Below are positions 7,790 to 15,517 of a DNA stretch of 25,979 nt, piece by piece. The notes under the pieces are model-generated. The model had not been told where the DNA came from. It saw only the letters and a program-made list of their open reading frames with translations, and did no database searches. The position numbers and the translations under genes were made by a program. The stretch is from positions 1 through 25,979 of the forward strand of contig DASQDV010000194.1 in NCBI GenBank assembly GCA_035633995.1, in the 5' to 3' direction. How positions within the stretch are numbered: position 1 is the first letter of the stretch; the number at the start of each line of letters is the position of its first letter. Origin of the DNA: Pyrinomonadaceae bacterium (GTDB lineage Bacteria; Acidobacteriota; Blastocatellia; Pyrinomonadales; Pyrinomonadaceae).

Positions 7790-9592
7790 TCAGTTCAACT
7801 GGTCAATCTGTATGCGCATCCGTTTGAGCGTGACCTGCGCGGCCTCGCAGTCCTGGAGGATGGTGGCGAGCCGCTCTTCGGTGATCTGCGTGCTTGAGAT
7901 CAGGACTTCGGCGACGCGCTGCTCCTCGCAGATGTGGCGCAGCGAGCCGTTGCCGCCGAACACGCGCAGGCCGTGTATGACTTTCCCTTTTTTGAGCGGG
8001 TCGTCGTCCACGAAGCCGACGGGCGTGAGTTGCAGTTCGCGGTTGTTGAGCACCTCGCGCAAGAGCAGTTCGCCGCCGTCGCCCGCGCCGTAGATCAGTA
8101 CGCGCCGCGTGCCGCGCGCGTCGGCGACGGGCAGCGCGTGGCGAAACAGGCGAAAGGCGAAACGGCTGCCCGCGAGCATCATAAAGAGCATCATCGTGTC
8201 GAGCACGAAGACGGCGCGCGACAACCCCTCGAAGCGAAACGCGACGAGGAGCGCCAATACGCTCCCGATTGCGCCGAGCACGACGGCCTTCGCAAACACC
8301 ACGACGCCGTCAATGCTGATGTAACGCCACAACCCGCGATAGACGCCCGCCGCCAGAAACGCGAACATCTTGACGCAGACCAGCACCGGCACCGTGCGCA
8401 GAAACAGATTCCACGCGCCCTTGTCCGACATCGGGCCGAAAAGCAGGGTGTACGCGCTGTAGTAGGACAGGATGATCAGCACGACATCGAGCATTACCTC
8501 GAAGATGCGCCGCTTGTAAGAGAGGTCTACGAAGAAGGCGACGAGCGGTTTCTCGCGCGCGCGCTGCACCTCTTCCTCTTCGTAAACTTTGACCCCCGCC
8601 AGATAGACGCCGAGCAGCGCGAGCACGACCGTGAAGCCGACGATGGCGACGATGCTCACGTCCAGCCTCACGCGGCTGATGAGCAGCGCGAGCACGCCCG
8701 ACAGCCCCGCGAACCCGTAGAGCATCCAGACGGCGCGGCGCTCCGTCATGCCGAGCGCGACGAGGCGATGTGAGGTGTGGTCGCGCCCGCCCTGCGAGGC
8801 GCTGCGCCCGGAGAGTTTGCGCAGGATGGTCACGAATGTCGTGTCGAAGATCGGGATCAGGAGAATCAGGACGGGCACGGCGAGCACGATCATAAACGAG
8901 CGCGAGCGCGCGCCCGACGCGCTCAGCAAGGCCGCGCTCGCCAGGAAGAAGCCGATGAACATCGAGCCGCAGTCGCCCATGAAAATCGTCGCGGGGTTGG
9001 AGTTGTAGGCGAGGAAGCCGACGAGCGCGGCGCAGAAGACGGCGAGCATCAGAGCCTCCGCCGGGCGACCGTTGACGAGGAAACTCGCGGCGAGGAAAGC
9101 GGCGGCGATGGCGGCGATGCCGGCGGCGAGGCCGTCCATGTTGTCGAGCAAATTGAGCGCGTTCGTGATGCCGACGAGCCAGAAGATCGTGATCGCCATG
9201 TTGAGCGAGGGCGAACTGCTCCACGGCAGAGCCAGCCCGTAATAGACGATCAAACTCGCGCCCATCACCTGCCCGATCAACTTCTGGTAGGGCTTGACGT
9301 GAACGATGTCGTCAACCAAACCGACGAGGAACAGAAACCCGCTCGCCGCAAGCACGACCCACCCGTAAGGCCAGTTCGGCATCTGCCGGACGAAGACGAG
9401 GTACGTGACGGCGACGGTCAGGAACACGGCCAGCCCGCCCAGCATCGCCGTCGGCTTGCTGTGCCAGCGATCCGGCTTCGGCTGCGCCACCATGCCCCAA
9501 TGGCGCGCCAGCGAGCGCACCACCGGCGTCAACACCAGCGCGAGTGCAAACGACACAATGACGGGAAGGAGATTTAAACTACCGGCGTACAT
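7790..9592 (-). CDS. WecA/TagO/MraY-like undecaprenyl-phosphate sugar-1-phosphate transferase fused to a C-terminal TM + Rossmann (CoA_binding_3-like) region
   Basis: PKPDRWH...LGG, NALNLLDNMDGL, IFMGDCGS and RDHTSHRL are PNPT motifs; the C-terminus has RRVLIYGAGDGG and PVGFVDDDPLKKG. Confidence 0.85.
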   Translation of the reverse strand: MYAGSLNLLPVIVSFALALVLTPVVRSLARHWGMVAQPKPDRWHSKPTAMLGGLAVFLTVAVTYLVFVRQMPNWPYGWVVLAASGFLFLVGLVDDIVHVKPYQKLIGQVMGASLIVYYGLALPWSSSPSLNMAITIFWLVGITNALNLLDNMDGLAAGIAAIAAAFLAASFLVNGRPAEALMLAVFCAALVGFLAYNSNPATIFMGDCGSMFIGFFLASAALLSASGARSRSFMIVLAVPVLILLIPIFDTTFVTILRKLSGRSASQGGRDHTSHRLVALGMTERRAVWMLYGFAGLSGVLALLISRVRLDVSIVAIVGFTVVLALLGVYLAGVKVYEEEEVQRAREKPLVAFFVDLSYKRRIFEVMLDVVLIILSYYSAYTLLFGPMSDKGAWNLFLRTVPVLVCVKMFAFLAAGVYRGLWRYISIDGVVVFAKAVVLGAIGSVLALLVAFRFEGLSRAVFVLDTMMLFMMLAGSRFAFRLFRHALPVADARGTRRVLIYGAGDGGELLLREVLNNRELQLTPVGFVDDDPLKKGKVIHGLRVFGGNGSLRHICEEQRVAEVLISSTQITEERLATILQDCEAAQVTLKRMRIQIDQLN

Positions 9593-9660
9593 ATCTAACT
9601 GTCTGTTGGTTTCGGTTTGAAGTCGCCTGAAAAGCTATTCGATGTAGAGTGAGAAATCAA

Positions 9661-9730
9661 GTGAGCAGTAAGAGAATGAGCAGTGAGCAGTGAAAAACAG
9701 AACTGCTTACTGCTCATCGCTCACTGCTCT
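9661..9730. repeat. Inverted repeat with TGAGCAG/CTGCTCA heptamer arms
   Basis: GAGCAGTAAGAGAATGAGCAGTGAGCAG (9663-9690) pairs imperfectly with CTGCTTA CTGCTCA TCGCTCA CTGCTCT (9703-9730); 12-nt loop; 5 nt from the epimerase stop codon. Confidence 0.8.
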
Positions 9731-9735
9731 CTCTC

Positions 9736-10698
9736 TTACTGCCCGCTCTGGTGCTCGATCACTTTTTGCAGGATGCCGTCGAGTTTCTCCGTCGGTTTGA
9801 ACCCGGTGAGCGCGCTCACCTTCGTGATGTCGGGAACGCGGCGCGGCATGTCCTCGAAGCCCTCTTCATAGGCTTCGTCGTAGGGCATGAAGATGATCTC
9901 GGAGTCGGATTTCGTCAACTCCTTCACGCGCTCGGCCACTTCGAGAATGGAAACTTCTTCGTTCGAGCCGATATTGAAGACTTGCCCGACCGCTTCGGGA
10001 GCGTCCATCAACTTCATGAGCGCCCCCACCACGTCGCCCACGTAGCCGAAGCAGCGCGTCTGTTTGCCGTTGCCGTAAACCGTGATCGGGCGACCGGCGA
10101 GCGCCTGTCGCACAAAGGTCGGGATGACCATGCCGTACTGCCCGGTCTGGCGCGGCCCGACCGTGTTGAAGAGGCGCACCACGACCGTCGGCAGTTTCCG
10201 CTCGCGCCAGTAGGCGAGCGCGAGAAATTCGTCAATCGCTTTCGAGCAGGCGTAAGACCAGCGCCCCTTCGTGGTCGCGCCCATCACGAGGTTGCCGTCT
10301 TCGCGGAAAGGCACTTCGGTCGAGAGGCCGTAGACTTCCGAAGTCGAGGCGACGAGCACCTTCTTCTTCTTCTTGTTGGCGAGATTCAGTATGACTTCCG
10401 TGCCGCGCACGTTCGTCTCGATGGTTCTGACCGGGCTTTCCACGATCAGTTTCACGCCGACCGCCGCCGCCAGGTGAAAGACCACGTCGCACTGGTCAAC
10501 GAGTTCGGCGCAGACCGGCACGTTATGCACGCTCTCAATCGTGTAATGAAAACGCGGGTGCTGCTTCAGGTGCGCGATGTTCTCGATGCTGCCCGTCGAG
10601 AGATCGTCGATGACGTAAACTTCGTCGCCGCGTTCCAGATAAGCGTCCGACAGATGCGACCCGATGAAGCCCGCCCCGCCCGTGATTAAAACTCTCAA
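9736..10698 (-). CDS. NAD-dependent NDP-sugar epimerase/dehydratase (extended SDR)
   Basis: ITGGAGFIG, HLAAAVG, ASTSEVYG, YACSK (YxxxK), RLFNTVGPRQ. TTG start with GGAGA SD. Confidence 0.9.
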   Translation of the reverse strand: MRVLITGGAGFIGSHLSDAYLERGDEVYVIDDLSTGSIENIAHLKQHPRFHYTIESVHNVPVCAELVDQCDVVFHLAAAVGVKLIVESPVRTIETNVRGTEVILNLANKKKKKVLVASTSEVYGLSTEVPFREDGNLVMGATTKGRWSYACSKAIDEFLALAYWRERKLPTVVVRLFNTVGPRQTGQYGMVIPTFVRQALAGRPITVYGNGKQTRCFGYVGDVVGALMKLMDAPEAVGQVFNIGSNEEVSILEVAERVKELTKSDSEIIFMPYDEAYEEGFEDMPRRVPDITKVSALTGFKPTEKLDGILQKVIEHQSGQ

Positions 10699-10701
10699 AA
10701 A

Positions 10702-12063
10702 TTAATCTCCTTTCACACGCGCCGACTCAATGGCGGGCACGCCCCCCTGCTTTGCCCCGACCACCGCCGCCACGCGCGGCGACGGCAATAGTTCGCTGTA
10801 AAGATTCAGCACGTCTTTCACCAGACGCTCCTTCGAATAATGCTCCACGACAAACGCGCGCCCGCGCTCGCCGAGCGTGCGCCGCAAGTTTTCGTCCGCC
10901 GCGAGCCGCCGCAAGGCTTCGCAAAAAGCCTCCGCATCATTCGTCCGCACGCGCACGCCGCGCTCGCAGACCGCGTAAGCTGCTGCTTCTGCTGCCGTCG
11001 CCGCCGCACCGGGCTGGCCGACGAGATCAACCACGCCGCCGACGGCGGTTGCCACGACCGGGCGCGCGTTCGCCATCGCCTCGATGAGCGTCAGGGGCGT
11101 GCCCTCGTTCAGAGATGAGAGCGCGACGATGTCGAGCGCGGCATAAAAATTTTCCGGGTCGTCGCGCATTCCCGTAAACGTCACATGCGGCGCGATGCCG
11201 AGCGTGCGCGCGTGCGCTTCGAGTTCGCCGCGCAAGTGGCCGTCGCCGACGACGACGAAGCGCACGCCGCTCGCCCCCGTTGTCTCGCCGTCTGATTCGA
11301 GCGCCGCGTCGCTGCCCTCGCCGTCGTGCCGTTTCAGGTAGAGCGCGGCGGCTTCGAGGAACAACTTGTGGTTCTTGATCTCCGTCAGACGCCCGACGAT
11401 GCCGATGAGCAACTCGCCCGCACGCGCGCCCAACTCCGTGCGCGCCGCCGCGCGCCGCTCGCGCCAACCTGCGAATGCCTGAACGTCCAGCCCCAGCGGA
11501 ATCACTTTGAACTGGCGAGCGCGCCCGACGCCGAACTGCTCGTGTATCTCGCGGTACTGCTGCTGGCTGATCACGACGATCCTGTCCGTCGCCGCGCGCG
11601 CGAGGAGTTTTTCGATGGTCAAAAACACCTGCGTCTTCAAGCGCCCGTAGTAACTATGAAAAATGTGCCCGTGATACGTGTGCACGAAGCGACAGGCGCG
11701 CGGTCGCCCCGCGAGCGCCGACGGCGTCAGCCAGCGATAGAGTAGCCCAGCGACGCGCCCGACCGTTCCCGCCTTCGCCGTGTGCGTGTGCACGATGTCC
11801 GGCTGCAAACGCCGGAACAGGCGGTACAGTTTCCAGATCGTCACGGCGTCCTTCGGCGACACCTCGCGGCTCATCTGGGGCAGAATGATCGGGTGGACGC
11901 CCTGTTCCGCCGCGAAGTAGCTCATGTCGTCTTCGCCCGGCGGCACCACCCCGGCGATCAACTCCGACTCGATCCCGAAGCGCCGCGTCGCCGCCGTCAG
12001 CCAGGCCACATGCTTCGCCGGGCCGCCCACGTTCAAACGCGCGATGATGCGAACAACCTTCAT
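10702..12063 (-). CDS. Glycosyltransferase family 4 (GT-B)
   Basis: MKVVRIIARLNVGGPA, VHTHTAKAG, HTYHGH, GRLTEIKNH, SLNEGTPLTLIEAMA (EX7E). Confidence 0.9.
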   Translation of the reverse strand: MKVVRIIARLNVGGPAKHVAWLTAATRRFGIESELIAGVVPPGEDDMSYFAAEQGVHPIILPQMSREVSPKDAVTIWKLYRLFRRLQPDIVHTHTAKAGTVGRVAGLLYRWLTPSALAGRPRACRFVHTYHGHIFHSYYGRLKTQVFLTIEKLLARAATDRIVVISQQQYREIHEQFGVGRARQFKVIPLGLDVQAFAGWRERRAAARTELGARAGELLIGIVGRLTEIKNHKLFLEAAALYLKRHDGEGSDAALESDGETTGASGVRFVVVGDGHLRGELEAHARTLGIAPHVTFTGMRDDPENFYAALDIVALSSLNEGTPLTLIEAMANARPVVATAVGGVVDLVGQPGAAATAAEAAAYAVCERGVRVRTNDAEAFCEALRRLAADENLRRTLGERGRAFVVEHYSKERLVKDVLNLYSELLPSPRVAAVVGAKQGGVPAIESARVKGD

Positions 12064-12181
12064 AGTCCGTCGTCCGTAGCCAGTTGTCAGTTGTTTTCGT
12101 CCGGCCTAACCTGAGAGCCTTATCTTTAGCTCGTCGCTCATGAGCCACGAACAACGGACAACTGACGATGGACAACGGACG
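12064..12181. repeat. 118-bp intergenic inverted-repeat element with heptamer-repeat arms (copy C)
   Basis: Five heptamers per arm in register: AGTCCGT CGTCCGT AGCCAGT TGTCAGT TGTTTTC versus ACGAACA ACGGACA ACTGACG ATGGACA ACGGACG. The left arm abuts the GT4 ATG with no gap. Confidence 0.85.
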
Positions 12182-12186
12182 GCCTT

Positions 12187-12738
12187 TCAATCTTCCATTG
12201 TATAAATCGTCGCCGGATCGTCTTCGTGCCTGATCTCGTCTATTTCGGCGCGTTTGCCTTCGCCCATGTAGAGGCTGTTGGGGCAGTTGATGACGATGCC
12301 TGCCACGCTCCCGACGTTGCGATAAGCGTGGACGACGCCTTTCGGGACGAGCACCGCTTTCGGGTTGTCCGCGCCGACGTAGAGCGTCATCACCTGGTTG
12401 TAAGTTTCCGAATCCCGCCGGTTGTCCCACAAACGGAGCTTGAAATTCGAGGGGCCGATGAAGACGAAGAAGTCCGCCTGATCGACGTGCTCGTGCGGGC
12501 CGCGCTGCACATGCGGCTCGGTCGAGGAGATGTAAGACATGACCGGGAAATATTCCGCCTCCATCTCGTCGTGGCGGAACAACTCGGCGAGCCAGCCGCG
12601 CTCGTCCACGAACTTGCGCACGTCGCGGACGACCACATCGCGAATCTTCCCGCGCTTAAACTGCGGCGACGCCGTTTCCTGCTGCGGCTGCTGCTCCTCC
12701 TCCTCCTTCGGCGTCTGGCGCTTAGGCGTGGATTGCAT
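12187..12738 (-). CDS. dTDP-4-dehydrorhamnose 3,5-epimerase family protein (RmlC-like cupin)
   Basis: DERGWLAELFR, RGPHEH, VPKGVVHAY; overlaps the nucleotidyltransferase gene by 17 nt. Confidence 0.75.
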   Translation of the reverse strand: MQSTPKRQTPKEEEEQQPQQETASPQFKRGKIRDVVVRDVRKFVDERGWLAELFRHDEMEAEYFPVMSYISSTEPHVQRGPHEHVDQADFFVFIGPSNFKLRLWDNRRDSETYNQVMTLYVGADNPKAVLVPKGVVHAYRNVGSVAGIVINCPNSLYMGEGKRAEIDEIRHEDDPATIYTMED

Positions 12739-13486
12739 TAACGGCCTCCTTCCGGTTCTCCATCTTGTTGGCGCCCGTCTCGGCCACGAGCGTCCCGGCG
12801 TGCAGCAAACTCTCGAACGTGCCCGCGTCAGTCCACCAGCCTTCGAGTTCGTTCCAGGTCATCTCGCCGCGCTCGATGTAGGCGTTGTTCACGTCTGTGA
12901 TCTCAAGTTCGCCGCGCTCCGAAGGCTTGAGCGTCTTGATGATCTCGAACACTTCGGCGTCGTACATGTAGACGCCGATCACGGCGTAGTCGGACTTCGG
13001 CTGTTTCGGCTTCTCCTCGATGCGCACGACGCGCGACCCCTTGAGTTCGGGCACGCCGAAACGCTGCGGGTCGGAGACCTGCTTCAGGAGTATCTTTGCG
13101 CCGCCGCCCTGATGCCGGTAGGCGCGCACCGCCTGACAGATGTTGCCCTCGATGATGTTGTCGCCGAGGACGATGCAGACGGGTTCGCCGTCGGCGAAGT
13201 CTTCGCACAGAGAGAGGGCAGCCGCGATGCCGCCCTCGCCCTCCTGATACGTGTAGTTGAGGTGCTTGAGGCCGAACGCTCGCCCGTTCTTCAACAGCTT
13301 GAGAAAATCCCCGGCGGAGTTTCCGCCCGTCACGATCATGATGTCCCTGATCCCGGCGTTCACCAAAGTCTGAATCGGGTAATAAACCATCGGCTGATTA
13401 AAAACCGGCAGCAAGTGCTTATTCGTCACCGCCGTCAACGGCATCAGACGCGAGCCGAGCCCGCCAGCTAACACGATACCTTTCAC
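12722..13486 (-). CDS. rfbA: Sugar-1-phosphate nucleotidyltransferase (RmlA/RfbA/SpsI-like)
   Basis: KGIVLAGGLGSRLMPLT, NKHLLPV, VLGDNI, EEKPKQPKSDYAV, SERGELEITDVN, WTDAGTFESL. GTG start with GGAGGA SD. Confidence 0.85.
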   Translation of the reverse strand: MKGIVLAGGLGSRLMPLTAVTNKHLLPVFNQPMVYYPIQTLVNAGIRDIMIVTGGNSAGDFLKLLKNGRAFGLKHLNYTYQEGEGGIAAALSLCEDFADGEPVCIVLGDNIIEGNICQAVRAYRHQGGGAKILLKQVSDPQRFGVPELKGSRVVRIEEKPKQPKSDYAVIGVYMYDAEVFEIIKTLKPSERGELEITDVNNAYIERGEMTWNELEGWWTDAGTFESLLHAGTLVAETGANKMENRKEAVNAIHA

Positions 13487-13511
13487 AATATCTGTCCTCC
13501 GAATAAAAGTT

Positions 13512-13629
13512 CGTCCATTGTCCGTAGTCAGTTGTCAGTCGCATGTGGCTGACGAGCGTTAAGCTGAAAATTAAACCTTCATGCCGGGGCAGCACGAAAC
13601 AACTGACCACTGACTACGGACAACTGACA
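13512..13629. repeat. 118-bp intergenic inverted-repeat element with heptamer-repeat arms (copy D)
   Basis: TGTCCGT AGTCAGT TGTCAGT (13519-13539) is 20 of 21 complementary to ACTGACC ACTGACT ACGGACA (13602-13622). The arm ends 1 nt from the asnB stop; the internal AAGCTGA motif is shared with copy A. Confidence 0.85.
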
Positions 13630-13630
13630 A

Positions 13631-15517
13631 TCAATCAATAAACCGCTGAAACCATAACTCAAGCATGAGCAACGTCCATAACTGGTGCGCGTAGTCGCGC
13701 TCGCCGCGCGTGTGGAGTTCGACCATGCGCGCGACGGCTTCGGGGCGGAAGAAGCCGCGCCCGAGCGCCTTCTCCGAGAGCAGCGTCTCGCGCAGGAACG
13801 CGTTCATCTCGCCGCGCAGCCAGTGGCCGATGGGGACGCCGAAGCCCATCTTGCGCCGCTGCAAATTCTCCGCCGGGAGCAGTTTCGCCAGCACGCGCTT
13901 CAAGAGATATTTCGTCGTCAAGCCCCGCAGCTTCAGGTTCTCCGGCAAACTCGCGGCAAACTCTATCACGTGATGATCGAGAAACGGAGAGCGCGCTTCG
14001 AGCGAAACGGCCATGCTCGCAATGTCAACTTTGACGAGCAGGTCGTTCGGCAGGTAAGTCATCGTATCGGCCAGGAGCGACGCGTCCACCAGCCCCGCGC
14101 CGTTGGCGTGCGCAAACCAGGGCGCGACGAAATCGGCGGCTTCGTGTCCCTGCATCTCGCGCCGGAAATCCGCCGTGTAGAGGTCGTCTTTCGCCGATGC
14201 GTCGAGCACGCTGATCCAGCGCATGTAACGCTCGACGGTCGGGAGCGAGGCGGCGTCGAGAAAGCGTTTGAGGTCGCGCGCGCGCGAGCGCCGCGTCTCC
14301 GAAGTCGGGTAAAGCGCAACCGCATTTTTGATCAAGCCTTCGCGCAGCAGGCCGGGGACGCTGCGGTACTTGCCCGCGAGTTTCATCGCGGCGTAGCGTT
14401 CGTAACCGGCGAAGCACTCGTCGCCGCCGTCGCCGTTCAGGGCGACGGTGACATGGCGGCGCGTCTCGCGCGAGACATAGTAAGTCGGGATCGCGCTGGA
14501 GTCCGCGTAAGGCTCGCCGTAATGTTCGACGAGCGTGGGCAGCACTTCCATCGCGTCCGGGCGCACGATGAACTCGTGGTGCTCCGCGCCGACGTGTTCG
14601 GCGACGCGGCGCGCGTGGTGCAATTCGCTGAAATCCTGTTCCTCGAAACCGATGGAGAAAGTTTTGACGGGCGTGCTCGACACTTCGCTCATCAGCGCGA
14701 CGACCGCCGACGAATCCACGCCTCCCGACAAAAACGCGCCGAGCGGCACTTCCGACATCAGGCGCACGCGCACGGCCTCGCGCAAAATCTCTACGGCGCG
14801 CTCGCCCGCCTCCGCCTCGCTCATACGCGTCTTCTTGGAAAAGTCCGGCTGCCAGTAACGCTCGATCTTAATCTCGCCGTCGCGCGGCGTGTAGCGCAGA
14901 GTGTGGCCGGGTTCGAGTTTGCGTATGTCTCGATAGACGGTGAGCGGCGCGGGCACGCACATGAAGGTGAGGTAGTGGTGGATGGCCTCGCGGTCGATCT
15001 CGCGGCTGACATCAGGGTGCTGAAGGAGCGCGGCGAACTCCGAGCCGAAGACGAATTGATCGGCGAGTCGCGCGTAGAGCAGCGGCTTTTTGCCCACGCG
15101 GTCGCGCGCTAAAAACAGCTCACCGCGCCGCTCGTCCCAGATGGCGAAGGCGAACATGCCGCGCAGGTGCTTGGGACACTCCGTGCCGTACTGTTCGTAG
15201 GCTTCGAGGACGACTTCCGTATCGCAGTCGGTGTGAAACACGCGACCGAGTTCTTCCAGACGCTTGCGGACTTCCTTGTAGTTGTAGATTTCGCCGTTGA
15301 AGACGATCCAGCTTGTGCGCTGTGCGTTGTGCATCGGCTGCTGGCCGCTCTTGAGGTCGATGATGGCGAGGCGGCGCATGGCGAGGCCGACCGACTCGTG
15401 CAGATAACTGCCCTCCTCGTCCGGCCCGCGATGGCGGATCGCCTCGTTCATACGCGCGAGCACGCCCGCGTCCACCGCGCGCCCCTCGCGCCGCACCATG
15501 CCTGCGATTCCACACAT
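13631..15517 (-). CDS. asnB: Asparagine synthase (glutamine-hydrolysing) family amidotransferase, glycan-locus type
   Basis: N-terminal MCGIAG, HRGPD, RLAIIDL, FNGEIYN, RDRVGKKPL, FLSGGVDSS, LNGDGGDE, KVDIASMA, EARSPFLD. Confidence 0.92.
   Translation of the reverse strand: MCGIAGMVRREGRAVDAGVLARMNEAIRHRGPDEEGSYLHESVGLAMRRLAIIDLKSGQQPMHNAQRTSWIVFNGEIYNYKEVRKRLEELGRVFHTDCDTEVVLEAYEQYGTECPKHLRGMFAFAIWDERRGELFLARDRVGKKPLLYARLADQFVFGSEFAALLQHPDVSREIDREAIHHYLTFMCVPAPLTVYRDIRKLEPGHTLRYTPRDGEIKIERYWQPDFSKKTRMSEAEAGERAVEILREAVRVRLMSEVPLGAFLSGGVDSSAVVALMSEVSSTPVKTFSIGFEEQDFSELHHARRVAEHVGAEHHEFIVRPDAMEVLPTLVEHYGEPYADSSAIPTYYVSRETRRHVTVALNGDGGDECFAGYERYAAMKLAGKYRSVPGLLREGLIKNAVALYPTSETRRSRARDLKRFLDAASLPTVERYMRWISVLDASAKDDLYTADFRREMQGHEAADFVAPWFAHANGAGLVDASLLADTMTYLPNDLLVKVDIASMAVSLEARSPFLDHHVIEFAASLPENLKLRGLTTKYLLKRVLAKLLPAENLQRRKMGFGVPIGHWLRGEMNAFLRETLLSEKALGRGFFRPEAVARMVELHTRGERDYAHQLWTLLMLELWFQRFID

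Noticed and set aside
13685-15112. Long plus-strand ORFs antisense to real genes (also 2384-3346, 3739-4704, 5228-6256, 6150-7718, 9751-10689, 18273-19829, 20336-21517)
   Set aside because: Typical shadow frames of GC-rich coding DNA; each lies opposite a gene with clear family motifs and has none of its own.
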